Shown: positions 9,501-21,164 of the stretch, one piece after another | How positions within the stretch are numbered: the stretch's first letter is position 1 | Layout: each line of letters opens with the position of its first letter | Assembly: GCF_003918875.1 (NCBI RefSeq) | Contig: NW_025766982.1 | Span: 434,001-470,558 of the forward strand | Origin: Haliotis rubra | Lineage: Eukaryota | Length of the DNA stretch: 36,558 nt | Direction of reading: 5' to 3' | Made by a program: the position numbers and the translations under genes | The notes under the pieces: model-generated | Database searches by the model: none | What the model saw: only the letters and a program-made list of their open reading frames with translations | What the model was told of the DNA's origin: nothing

Positions 9501-11037
9501 TGAAAGGGTTAAACACATGTATATCTGAACGTGATTCAAAATCTTAATTCAAGGAGGAAGGAAAAGTATCTTTTAATAGTTCTTACTCAAAATCCTTATT
9601 TTCACATTGCTTAGTTAAACCGATTCATGCTGAGAGTTTTCAGCAACCCATGCTTGTCGTTTTGGGTGTCGTTGCGTAGACCAATGCTCATGATATCAAT
9701 CACTGGACCAACCATTACAGACAACCGATTGAAGGATATTGCTTACCAAACTTGGCACAACGAAATCAACAGCTCCACTTTTCTCAGCCATTATTCACAT
9801 AAGTATGAATATGTTTACATATGAACTTCGCCTTGAGCCCTACATAACAGAACTAAAAAAATATAAACACCGTGCACTTATCAGGTTTCGTATTCCGAAT
9901 AACAGCTTCACTTTAAAGTGAACATGTACAGGCTTAATGAGGATGCACCTATTTCAAACTGCTTGTGTTCACTCAGTGATGCCGCAGAAAAAGAAACTGA
10001 AAATCATGTATTCTTGCGATGTGACAAATATCAGCAGCACAGAGACAACTATTTTGAACAACTCCAATGTCTACCTACAAAGGCCCACTAACTATGACGT
10101 CATTTTTGCAATCCCAAAACCCTCAAGTTATATACGGCACAACACTATTTTCACATTATGTTTTTAAAGTAAGATCCCTAATACAAATTATGACCACAGT
10201 TTCATGAAACTGCCAAATTCTGTGACTGTATTATAGGCCATGAGGCCGATATTTCGAAATAAAGTTTTTTTTCTGTCTGTCTGTCCGTCAATTGTGGCTG
10301 GGTGAGGCGTAAAATATACAACAGAAACGAATCTCGCTTAACAGGAAGCGACATAAAATACTTGCAAATATTGAGTCAATGAGTGCACCGTTGACCTTGA
10401 TCAGTGCAAAGTCCACTGACAGTTACATTGATCTTCTAGATAGAAAGATATTGCATCAGAAAGAATAACTTAAAGAGATCTGTGAGTGACGTCACTTTAT
10501 ATCTTGAGCGTCAGTAATTGTCCGTGCCAATTACATTAAAAACATTTAAATTCTTTTGTTCTACTTGAGATACACGTGACCCTGTATTATAGCCTTTTTT
10601 CTGCCCAGGTCAGTTTGGTGGTGTTCTTGTTAATGAAAAAATACCAAAAAGGTTCCTTTATAAAATCCTCCCAGCAAATGAGCTCGGAAAACATTAAAAG
10701 CATGTCGCAACCTTACACTCTGCGCCCTGGCCCAGTTAAAAGGATGCAACCCAACACCTTGACTCGTGGCAGTTGGGATCGTTGTCAGGTATACCCCCCT
10801 ACATTCCGAGTTCATACGTGCCGACAACCACCCAACGGCCGAAATGCATCTCCTGACAACCTGTGTTTCCAGTAATACAGATAGATATTCTAGTAATTGC
10901 TTACTCGGTTTCTCGGCTGGCCATGTTTCCTGTGTGAACCGCTCGTCCGTGTACTCTTGTCCAGCTAGGGCAAACAGAATGCGAGACACCTCGCCGAACC
11001 CTCGGGCGTTGAAAGATTTAAACTTGTAGGTAGGCAT
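6559..11037 (-). CDS. GST: Sigma-class glutathione S-transferase GST-B, 202 aa, 5 exons, catalytic Tyr8 replaced by Ser
   Basis: Exons 11037-10905, 9149-9057, 8912-8797, 8319-8212, 6717-6559, all GT-AG, 609 nt: [202 protein letters not shown]. GQxPVLE, QS-x-AI, TLAD and C-terminal RP motifs are present. Confidence 0.93.
6744..6838. mobile_element. Small degenerate MITE (PIF/Harbinger-like ends) in GST-B intron 4; paralog at ~13857-13951
   Basis: Imperfect inverted ends GGGCCCACTTGCAC / GTGCAACGGGTCCC. The interior resembles the 53-bp unit at 27674-28044. Confidence 0.45.
7077..7313. repeat. ~103-bp tandem repeat (about 2.3 copies; about 1.3 copies in the paralog at ~14215-14350)
   Basis: ATTCTCACAAAGAATGGTTAC recurs near 7078, 7180 and 7282. 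Confidence 0.85.
8006..8150. mobile_element. Tc1/mariner-type MITE
   Basis: TA-CAGTAAACTACGGTTATATCGAAC ... GTTCGCTATACACGGAGTTTAATG inverted ends. The left end is deleted in the GST-C paralog. Confidence 0.6.
8428..8673 (+). mobile_element. Short retroposon, family 2 (GACCCGTGAAGATCC head, shared tail)
   Basis: One of about 10 copies in the window. It ends GCTGGAATATTGCTGAGTGCGGCGTAAAACTAAACTCACTC. Candidate TSD TCCCCCTA at 8420-8427 and 8679-8686. Confidence 0.85.
9715..10290 (+). mobile_element. 3' fragment of a CR1-like LINE in GST-B intron 1 (paralog at ~16490-17062)
   Basis: Frameshifted [10 protein letters not shown]..., LEPY...RALIRFRI and [10 protein letters not shown] (C-terminal zinc-knuckle region), ending AATAAAG followed by (TCTG)n. 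Confidence 0.65.
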
Positions 11038-11127
11038 GTCTGTTCGGTGGATTGCGTCCGTCCCTCGTCAGAATTTCGAAGTCGACTGGTAAGGGTTAAA
11101 GTTCCTACAGCAGCGAGATATCAAATC

Positions 11128-11179
11128 TGCTGATTCATAGGAACATTCTCCAAGGACGCTGTTGTCGTTGTCACGTGAC
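11128..11179 (-). promoter_or_regulatory. Putative GST-B promoter: ARE/AP-1-like site and palindromic extended E-box
   Basis: TGCTGATTCAT at 11128-11138 (one mismatch from the CNC-Maf site TGCTGAGTCAT) and GTCACGTGAC at 11170-11179. Confidence 0.45.
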
Positions 11180-11821
11180 TTCTAACGCACGCGTTGATTG
11201 GTTAAGAATACATGTAAACACTTTTTCTTGGTCAATAGCAACGCTTCTATAAAGAAGATTGATTTTAGTGTTTCCAAAGGCACAGGGTATGAATGTGTTC
11301 ATTCTGATATAATTGAAGATAACACAAATGTGTTGAGACGAGTTAATGCATGCAACATATTACTCCTGCTCAGAGCTAGGCTATTATAAAATATGTGCAG
11401 CTGATAGTACGTGCAGCCCTTGCCTTGGTCTGGGTGGGCGTTATCGCATATCGCACACTTCAGGTATGTGTGTACTCGGGTCGAGATTAGGTGACACTAT
11501 AGCTAGACAAGCAGGTAGTCACCGAAATGCAGTAGATGGCATTCAGTGAAATTGTACACGTTTTACTCCTACAATAAGTGCAGCAGTCACATACATACAG
11601 GCAGACAGACAGACAGACATTTAATATACATTCATCGAGTAATTATAACGGACCAAAATGTTCAATATTTAGTACTGGATTTTTGACAAAATGACTTGAG
11701 CTGAATGTGTGCAGAGATATTTTCAAGTAGGTGACATTTGGTGCGGAACTGGAGTTTGTGTGTTCAACTTCCTGTATTCGAAAAAGGAATTTGTTAACCT
11801 GGCCAAAATTTGTGATTTTGT

Positions 11822-12433
11822 TCTCTTCTCCCCCCCCCCCCCAACGCGGAACGGGGGACTATGTATTTAGCAGCATCCGTACGTCCTGATTCTTGTTAAC
11901 GGGATATTAGTATCTCATGAACTGTTTTACCCAATGTCTTCAAATTTGGTGACAACCTACATTGGATGATTGCGCAGACACCAGTCACTTAAATGTTGTA
12001 TTGTCTTTGAAGATTTAGACATTATTTACAGACACCTGTTTTGAATATAATACATGGTTAAGACATTGAAAAACTCGAAATTTTAGCCTTCGAGCTGAAG
12101 AATATATTGCCATTCTTACAAATTTGATGTCAGGAATTAACATAACGGGTATCAGGATAGTGTTGGGTAGGGTAGGGTAATAGAGGGTGGGGTACCAGGG
12201 TAGAAAATTTAGACTCGTCCCACCCCTAATACACAATGAGACTGACATTGGATATGTGCATTGGATATATTCCTGAAATAACTCCAGAGTTAAGAGAAGA
12301 TTCTGAGAAGTGACCATGACTAAAAACTACATCACACAAAAGATAATCTACTGTTGACCAATAGATAGAAATGAGTAAATATGTTATATTTCATGCTTCT
12401 TTAGCGGCGGGGGACATTGCCATGTTAAGGCAA
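11822..12433 (+). mobile_element. Non-autonomous Helentron/DINE-like (HINE) element
   Basis: 5' TCCCCC...CGGGGGA inverted pair, CCGT-like repeat, 3' GCGGGGGACAT and terminal hairpin TTGCC-N7-GGCAA. Confidence 0.55.
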
Positions 12434-12752
12434 ACACATATGGTACTGACTGTTAAAGGCCTGGATATGTTTAAGACAGTATAACGTTACTATGGAAGTC
12501 TGAGGGGAAACATTGGATTTTGTGTAACCTAAAACAACGTACCAGTTATAATCTTGAGATAAACACTACATGCACTGGCTCCATATTCGAAATATTATTT
12601 AAATGTTTATCTTTTGTTTGTGTTCGCAAAACGTCATCCTTCCATCCATAGCGACTTTTGAGAAAACTTTGTCGTGTTTTGAGCCTACAGTGCGCAATGT
12701 TCAACGTTGTCTGTACAATGTTATTTCTTCTTGCTGCGCTGCGTTTTGATAG

Positions 12753-12907
12753 AGTGAGTGAATTTAGTTTAGTTTTACGCAACTTTTAGCAATATTCCAG
12801 CAATATCACAGCGGGGTAAACCAGAAATGAGCTTCACACATTGTGCCCATGTGGGGAATCGAACCCAGGTCTTCCGCGTGATGAACTAACGCTTTAACCA
12901 CTACGCT
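12753..12907 (-). mobile_element. tRNA-derived SINE (paralog of 5398-5550)
   Basis: B box and shared (ACTC)n tail. Confidence 0.8.
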
Positions 12908-13235
12908 ACGTTTTGATAGATACCATTGATAGTCAACGTGTCTACATATTTATAAAAGGGAAGGGTCTTTTAATGCCAAAGTTGACATCTCTGAAGGCTC
13001 TCTCTTTAAGTGTATTACTCATATAGGTGCCATTAAAAAATACATACATTATTTATAACGTATTGCGAATTATGTGTATAGTGGTATAACTGAATTTATC
13101 TGATAAAACATAATTTTATTTCACTGATGATGAGTGTGATTCACTGAACTGGAAATAAAATTAAAAGTGGAATAAATTCCAGTCTGTTTACATGAAAATG
13201 TATTTAGGTTAAGACTGTTAAATCAAAATAGGCAA

Positions 13236-13390
13236 NNNNNNNNNNNNNNNNNNNNNNNNNNNNNNNNNNNNNNNNNNNNNNNNNNNNNNNNNNNNNNNNN
13301 NNNNNNNNNNNNNNNNNNNNNNNNNNNNNNNNNNNNNNNNNNNNNNNNNNNNNNNNNNNNNNNNNNNNNNNNNNNNNNNNNNNNNNNNNN
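13236..13390. other. Assembly gap (N run)
   Basis: 155 N, at the position homologous to the gap at 5865-5994. Confidence 0.99.
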
Positions 13391-13671
13391 AATAAAAAAA
13401 ATCAACAATTTTGAAAAACTTTATTTGTAAACATTGTAAACAACACTACTAGCACATGAGGAACACAAAATCATGAAAATATTGACTCATCTTTCTCTTA
13501 AGAACACACAGCACTATATAAGTACAGTGGGTACTTTTCACAAACGGACGTGAATTGTTTGCAATAACAGGATCAATACAGTGACGTCCAGGTTAGATGT
13601 TGGAATCATTCAACGATTTGTGTAAAACAAATGAATATATGAACAAAACGTTTCTTTATGATGTCACTGAA

Positions 13672-16600
13672 CTAGTTTTCTGTGACGGGCCTCGTGTCAA
13701 CCCATTTCTTGACTTTGGGGTTAGAAGCTACACTTTCCCGGCATTTCTTGACCTGCGGGAACTTGTCAAAGTCCACCATTGCTTGGATCTTGTCGCAGAT
13801 GTCAAACACAGTGACGTCAGCAAGGGTAATCTGAAAACAGATGGCATTTATACTGCTGGGCCCACTTGTACTAACAGATCTCAGCACTAAGTCTCCATTA
13901 CTTTGACACAGACAGGTTGTAGCTCTAACGTAACTTTGTGCAACGGGTCCCTAGTCTGCTCGAAACTATCGAACTATTCGGTGGTTTCACATTACTTTTA
14001 GACCAGCTGTGCGCATGCGCAGAGCGTGTAAAAATATCCACTGGCCTAGTTCCGGTTTGGTCGTACGTTTACCGACAGTGTAAACACACTCTAAAGAAAA
14101 GCTGTTATGAATAGTTTTTGCGTGTGATAACAGTTCATGCGCACAGCGAGTCAAAGATTATGAAATACACAATGCCATTTAGAATTAATGTCAAACATTA
14201 ATGTGAAACCACCGAATTCTCACAAAGAATGGTTACAACTATTTTCTCAAGTTAAGCTGGCTTTTTAGCAATGCTATGTCCCATACACTAACAACGGGTC
14301 CATTGACTTCTTGAAATATTCTCACAAAGAATGGTTACAACTATTTTCTTTTCGTTATGAAATCACACAGACCTACATTTCCGTGATTTCAGTGAAATGT
14401 TTTTATCTGAATTATTTGTGTTCGGAGTAGGATTGTGGATTTCATCAGCTGACGATGAATGAAACTTACATGGTGATATTTTCATGATCACTGGACAGGT
14501 GATTTTCATAGCTGTGATTCTCTTTCATATGTTTCTGATAGTGACAACAGCGACTGATAAATAATCGGTTTATGATACGATTGTTATGAACACTGTGATT
14601 GTGATGACAATAATAATATTGTGATCTTTGTTACATTTCATGAAGACAATTCCTGAGACGGCACGTAAGTCCCAGAATTTTTAAAGTAAATTTAGCTCTA
14701 CCAAGCTTTTAATCGTAGTATGTTTGTTGTATGCGATGGCAAAAATTTAGTACAATCGCCAGCGGCTGAAGGAATGGTGTAAATCCAACTAGGGTCCATG
14801 CAGGTAACGGGCCACTAAGTTTAATTCGTTATAACCGTCGTTCGTTACACGACAGCTAAAACCAGCAGGTCCTTGTATCCGTCAGTTCGTTACAAGCAAG
14901 TTCGCTATACAAGGAGTTTACTGTTTGTATGTGGAGAGGTAGATTCATGTGGGTTTTGAAGAAGCACAATTTGACATGTGGTTACCGATTTGCCGACGAA
15001 GAATCCTGTACTGCCGTTTTTCACCAGAAGCTTTTCCAGCATCCCCAAATACAGCGGCAGCTTTTCTTCTTTGTTCTCCGTCATGAACTGCGCCTGTTCA
15101 GATCCAACACAAATTCCTTAAGGTGAGTATGGTTTCTAACCCACCGGCCCCGACACATTTTACTCGGAGGCAGTATATATTGTCCTCGCTCTTTCCCCCT
15201 AGACCCGTGAAGATCCGGGTATGAAATCGATCTTCAGTAACCCATGCTTATCTTAAGAGGCGACTAACGGGAACAGGTTGTCAGGCTTGCTGACTTGGTT
15301 GACTCATCTCATCGTATCCCAATTGCGTAGGTCGATGCTCATGCTGTTGATCACTGGATTGTCTGGTCCAGACTCGATTATTTAGAGACCGCCGCCATAT
15401 AGCTGGAATATTGCTGAGTGCGGCGTAAAACTAAACTCACTCACTCATTGTGTCCCCCTAGAAGACAAGAACCAGACAGGGTAACAACAAGTAGCATGTC
15501 GTAACGTGTTTGTTACGTCGCCACAGTCGCCACGTATAGGATGCTGACGAGTCAAGGCACTGTAGCTTACCTTCCTGGCTTCATCCTTCTCATAAAAGGC
15601 TTTGATCATGGCATTTATAATGTCCTGGACTACACCCAGGACCTGGTCCACTTCAAGGGCTTGGATGTCTCCCGAACCATAGAAATCTACAACACAACAC
15701 TCACAGTTAGAACAGCAATAACCAGCTTCTCTATTAAAAAACTGCAACGATTATTGATACGCTAAAACGAGGCAAAGTGCGGCGTTAAATAACAAACATC
15801 TATTGCAGAAAGAATGAGTTTGAATCCCTACTGAATCTTCTTGCGAGGAATCTGGCAATGGCGCTGCTCTGTCCGTATGCCGCCCCGTCCACTTCCAGAA
15901 CAGGCATCTGTCCGAGCAGAACGTCTGCAACATAAGAGAACAAACATTATCGATTTTTTAAAGAGGCTTAATATTTCAATTTCAGAAGCTTTCACGTACA
16001 AAGTGATGAAGGGCTACTTATGCGCGCTGAGGTTGTGTTGACAAAATCAAGGAGAGTAATAAGGTCAACAATGGAATTCGAACTGACGATCAGCGGATCC
16101 TGCTCTGGTGGGCGCCTTACACCATTGGCCACCCTATATTTAGCTGGGATTTTTTGGCCTCCAATATACAAAAGTAACTGTTTAGAATATAGAACAAGGA
16201 CTTAATCAACGATGAATGTCTATTTTAACTATTGTATATGAAATAGATATTCAAAGAAACCTTTTTTGAGCTATATGAAAGGGTTAAACACATGTATATC
16301 TGAACGTGATTCAAAATCTTAATTCAAGGAGGAAGGAAAAGTATCTTTTAATAGTTCTTACTCAAAATCCTTACTTTCACATTGCTTAGTTAAACCGATT
16401 CATGCTGAGAGTTTTCAGCAACCCATGCTTGTCGTTTTGGGTGTCGTTGCGTAGACCAATGCTCATGATATCAATCACTGGACCAACCATTACAGACAAC
16501 CGATTGAAGGATATTGCCTACCAAACTTGGCACAACGAAATCAACAGCTCCACTTTTCTCAGCCATTATTCACATAAATATGAATATGTTTACATATGAA

Positions 16601-17929
16601 CTTCGCCTTGAGCCCTACATAACAGAACTAAAAAAATATAAACACCGTGCACTTATCAGGTTTCGCATTCCGAATAACAACTTCACTTTAAAGTGAACAT
16701 GTACAGGCTTAATGAGGATGCACCAAGTACAAACTGCTTGTGTTCACTCAGTGATGCCGCAGAAAAAGAAACTGAAAATCATGTATTCTTGCGATCTGAC
16801 AAATATCAGCAGCACAGAGACAACTATTTTGAACAACTCCAATGTCTACCTACAAAGGCCCACGAACTATGACGTCAATTTTGCAATCGCAAAACCCTCA
16901 AGTTATATACGGCACAACACTATTTTCACATTATGTTTTTAAAGTAAGATCCCAATACAAATTATGACCACTGTTTTTCATGAAACTGCCAAATTCTGTG
17001 ACTGTATTATAGGCCATGAGGCCGATATTTCGAAATAAAGTTTTTTCTGTCTGTCTGTCCGTCAATTGTGGCTGGGTGAGGCGTAAAATATACAACAGAA
17101 ACGAATCTCGCTTAACAGGAAGCGACATAAAATACTTGCAAATATTGAGTCAATGAGTGCACCGTTGACCCTTGATCAGTGCAAAGTCCACTGACAGTTA
17201 CATTGATCTTCTAGTAAGAAAGATATTGCATCAGAAAGAATAACTTAATGAGATCTGTGAGTGACGTCACTTTATATCTTGAGCGTCAGTAATTGTCCTT
17301 GCCAATTACATTAAAAACATTTAAATTCTTTTGTTCTACTTGAGATACACGTGACCCTGTATTAAAGCCTTTTTTCTGCCCAGGTCAGTTTGGTGGTGTT
17401 CTTGTTAATGAAAAAATACCAAAAAGGTTCCTTTATAAAATCCTCCCAGCAAATGAGCTCGGAAAACATTAAGCGCCTTTGAGCAGCTGAGCTGAGCTGG
17501 ATATCGGCGCTATACAAATGTTAGTATGTATGTATGTATGTATGTATGTATGTATGTATGTATGTATGTATGTATGTATGTATGTATGTATGTATGTCGC
17601 AACCTTACACTCTGCGCCCTGGCCCAGTTAAAAGGATGCAACCCAACACCTTGACTCGTGGCAGTTGGGATCGTTGTCAGGTATACCCCCCTACATTCCG
17701 AGTTCATACGTGCCGACAACCACCCAACGGCCGAAATGCATCTCCTGACAACCTGTGTTTCCAGTAATACAGATAGATATTCTAGTAATTGCTTACTTGG
17801 TTTCTCGGCTGGCCATGTTTCCTGTGTGAACCGCTCGTCCGTGTACTCTTGTCCAGCTAGGGCAAACAGAAGGCGAGACACCTCGCCGAACCCTCGGGCG
17901 TTGAAATATTTAAACTTGTAGGTAGGCAT
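13672..17929 (-). CDS. GST: Sigma-class glutathione S-transferase GST-C, 202 aa, 5 exons
   Basis: Exons 17929-17797, 15924-15832, 15686-15571, 15093-14986, 13830-13672, all GT-AG, 609 nt. The protein matches GST-B except Y8, L20, Y107 and M118. The catalytic Tyr is intact ([10 protein letters not shown]). Confidence 0.94.
15202..15447 (+). mobile_element. Short retroposon, family 2 (paralog of 8428-8673)
   Basis: Same head, tail and flanks as the unit-1 copy. Confidence 0.85.
17471..17596 (+). repeat. L2-like 3' terminus with (TATG)n microsatellite, absent from the GST-B copy
   Basis: AAGCGCCTTTGAGCAG...GGCGCTATACAAAT followed by about 18 TATG units. The GST-B site reads ACATTAAAAGCATGTCGC. 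Confidence 0.65.
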
Positions 17930-18018
17930 GTCTGTTCGGTGGATTGCGTCCGTCCCTCGTCAGAATTTCAAGTCGACTGGTAAGGGTTAAAGTTCCTACA
18001 GCAGCGAGATATCAAATC

Positions 18019-18070
18019 TGCTGATTCATAGGAACATTCTCCAAGGACGCTGTTGTCGTTGTCACGTGAC
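18019..18070 (-). promoter_or_regulatory. Putative GST-C promoter: ARE/AP-1-like site and extended E-box
   Basis: TGCTGATTCAT at 18019-18029 and GTCACGTGAC at 18061-18070. Confidence 0.45.
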
Positions 18071-18452
18071 TTCTAACGCACGCGTTGATTGGTTAAGAAT
18101 ACATGTAAACACTTTTTCTTGGTCAATAGCAACGCTTCGATAAAGAAGATTGATTTTAGTGTTTCCAAAGGCACAGAGTATGAACGTATTCATTCTAATA
18201 TAACTGAATATAACACAATGTGTTGAGACGTGTCAATGCATGCGTCATATTACTCCTGCTCAGAGCTAGGCTATCTATAAAATATGTGCAGCTGATAGTA
18301 CGTGCAGCCCTTGCCTTGGTCTGGGTGGGCGTCATCGCATATCGCACACTTCAGGTATGTGTGACACTATAGCTAGACAAGCAGGTAGTCACCGAAATAC
18401 AGTAGATGGCATTCAGTGAAATTGTACACGTTTTACTCCTACAATAAGTGCA

Positions 18453-18892
18453 ACATACATACATACAGACAGACAGACAGACAGACACACAGACAGACAC
18501 ACACACACACACGTACTCATACATACATACAAACACATACATACGTACGTACGTAAGTACACACACACATACATACACACGTACATGAATGCACATACAC
18601 ACATACAGACCAACAGACAGGCATATATACAGATACACAGACACAGACAGACAGACAGACACACACACACACACACATACGTACTCATACATACATACAT
18701 ACATACGTGCGTACGTACATACGTACATACGTACATACATACACGCGTACATGCATGCACATACACACATACAGACCGACAGACAGGCATATATACAGAT
18801 ACACAGACACACAGACAGACAGACACACACACACATACATACGTACGCACGTACATACATACATGCATGCACATACGCACCCATACAGACAG
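18453..18892. repeat. Compound microsatellite (CATA/CAGA/CA/CGTA)n with higher-order repetition
   Basis: Directly visible; it runs into the N gap. Confidence 0.95.
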
Positions 18893-19168
18893 NNNNNNNN
18901 NNNNNNNNNNNNNNNNNNNNNNNNNNNNNNNNNNNNNNNNNNNNNNNNNNNNNNNNNNNNNNNNNNNNNNNNNNNNNNNNNNNNNNNNNNNNNNNNNNNN
19001 NNNNNNNNNNNNNNNNNNNNNNNNNNNNNNNNNNNNNNNNNNNNNNNNNNNNNNNNNNNNNNNNNNNNNNNNNNNNNNNNNNNNNNNNNNNNNNNNNNNN
19101 NNNNNNNNNNNNNNNNNNNNNNNNNNNNNNNNNNNNNNNNNNNNNNNNNNNNNNNNNNNNNNNNNNNN
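18893..19168. other. Assembly gap (N run)
   Basis: 276 N. Confidence 0.99.
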
Positions 19169-19942
19169 CTGTCTTCAGGCGGTGTATTATAATTTAAAAT
19201 ATGTGATAAGTTGATGAATGGTGAACTCAGAATACCCGTAAAATCTTTCCAAGACAGAGTCAAGATACATTGTATCCTCTTTTATTATAGATTGGTTCAA
19301 TGTTTATATTATATTGGTTTAATGTCTATAATTAACCATTGCTCGGGATCGTTTCCAGCGGTAGGTATGAGAGTAAACCATGAAACTTATAAATATATCA
19401 ATGGAATTGATAATACAATCGTTCTCAATATAATCTGAACCTGCTCCTGGATGTTTTTAAGACTTAAATTCTTTTCTGAATCCCCAGTTATGATTGTTTC
19501 ATTTACTTTACCGCAGTTAAATTCATTTGATTCCCCTTCTTCAAGATCATGCCTCAGGTCGTGATCATCATATTGTTTGGAATTAATATCGTTAAAAAGA
19601 TATATAATTCCTTACACGTTTCACTTTTATATTTAAACTTTTATAATTAAACTAAAATGTTTCGGTGAATATTTTGAATGATTTTTTTGTAATTCACTTA
19701 CTATACAATATTTTTATGTTTACTCTTTCAAACGTGTTTTAAGCTTTGGCGTGGTTAATATAAATCGGTTTAGGGGGTGTGGGGGGGGAGGGTCTCGTTT
19801 TCTTACCGTAACGATTCTTAAGCTTTACGTTTTCTTCACATATTGCATTCAATATTGGACCATGTCTTATTGTCTTTCTTATTGTTCAGCATGTTCATGT
19901 TATCCATGTCGGAATCTTGGTTCGCCTCCTACAAACAATATA

Positions 19943-20402
19943 TAGTGCAAGCTGTCAAAACCGCCAGCTGTCCAATCCGGCAAGTTGTCAATATCGGCGT
20001 AAAATCTCAGTCACGTCCATGGCTAGTACATTTATCATCATTTGAAGGCTCTGTAATCCGGCAGCTGTCAATTCCGGATCTCGACATGAAATGAGCCGCC
20101 CGAATATGTGTTTATACAGTAATCAGCGCTGTCTAATCCGGCGCGTGGCAATGAGTCAGTAATCCTGTCTTGAAACTACATGGTTGCCAACAAAGATAAT
20201 CTAATCTTAGTTCAGTATGGGTGTACTTGTACATGTAATTAGTGAGTTGAGAGAACCAACTTATACAACAATGTATATGAGAGTGATAAAACTGGTTTAG
20301 TTCTAGTCGTAGGTAACCATGTCAGCTCTACATTCCGGCACGCTGTTCAAACCGGATTATTTATTCAGTCCCGACGTGTGTCGGTTTAGACAGCTTCCAC
20401 TC
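19943..20402. mobile_element. Tc1/mariner-type MITE
   Basis: Inverted ends AGTGCAAGCTGTCAAAACCG / CGGTTTAGACAGCTTCCACT flanked by TA, with internal GCTGTCxAATCCGG subterminal repeats. Confidence 0.75.
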
Positions 20403-20565
20403 TATACATTATGTCGCGCGTATCATGGACAGAAATTGGGGCAGAGGCACAATGTGTCAAAACGACTTTGACACAATATCACGTTTATATGACGTGAGGA
20501 GTTGGTGCTGAGCCAATGGGGATTAGCGGATGAGGCATAATTATAATATACACAAAGAATTATAA

Positions 20566-21164
20566 TATTCACAAAGAACCTAGTTAAGTACCCCCTGACA
20601 TATCTCACGACTGAATGAGCCCCGATCCTAATTAATATATAACCCTTTGGAGCGTATCTGGGACTAGATTGGTCGCCGTGTACAACAAAGGGATCCTCAT
20701 GTACAGAACCTGGCCCAATTGGAAGCTGTTTTACACGAGGAATGGCGTAGACTGGCCCTTCAGAGGATCAGGAGGCTGACAGGGGTTATGAGGAGGAGGG
20801 TGCTGGTTGTCATACAGTCACATGGAGGTTACACTCGGTATTGACCTTGAATCGTGTAAGACACGCAAAGTGACATTTTGAATGTTCACATTCACCAAAA
20901 TATTCAACATTAAACATTCCAGTTCCATACTTGTACAGACATGGTTGTGTTTGAAAACCAGTGGGTTTTTAAAAAAATAATCAATTATCATCATAAAATC
21001 AGCATGGATTCCAATCATTTTGTCGTTTTGTATGAGTCAAAGGTTCATACGAATCAGAAAACCTCATGCTATTCCATCATGGTCACCACGAGAATTTTAT
21101 GTACGTGTTGAAAACCTATCATTGCTAAAATGCAGGGGTGCTTAATTAAGTTCTTTGTGTATAT
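20566..21164 (+). mobile_element. Internally deleted Tc1 transposon
   Basis: TIRs CACAAAGAACCTAGTTAAGTACCCC / GGGGTGCTTAATTAAGTTCTTTGTG. Transposase C-terminus VQNLAQLEAVLHEEWRRLALQRIRRLTGVMRRRVLVVIQSHGGYTRY* with the stop at 20842-20844. Confidence 0.85.

Larger units (their letters stand above)
4312..11618. repeat. Segmental tandem duplication, unit 1 (contains GST-B)
   Basis: Collinear homology to ~11620-18470, starting TTTAATAGACATCCATCAAG versus TTTAATATACATTCATCGAG and continuing through all exons, introns and the promoter. Confidence 0.92.
11620..18470. repeat. Segmental tandem duplication, unit 2 (contains GST-C)
   Basis: Collinear with 4312-11618. It ends in the CATA/CAGA microsatellite. 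Confidence 0.92.

Noticed and set aside
10630-10904. Extension of the GST exon-1 ORF (135 aa; 139 aa at 17510-17929)
   Set aside because: GST similarity stops at the GTAAG donor; the remainder is intron read-through.
6559-17929. Calling GST-B or GST-C an S-crystallin or prostaglandin D synthase
   Set aside because: The S-crystallin inter-helix insert is absent and the H-PGDS-specific residues (Arg14, Trp104) are not conserved; function cannot be assigned beyond sigma-like GST.
18351-19263. Long ORFs of 155-209 aa
   Set aside because: These are translations of microsatellite and N gap.
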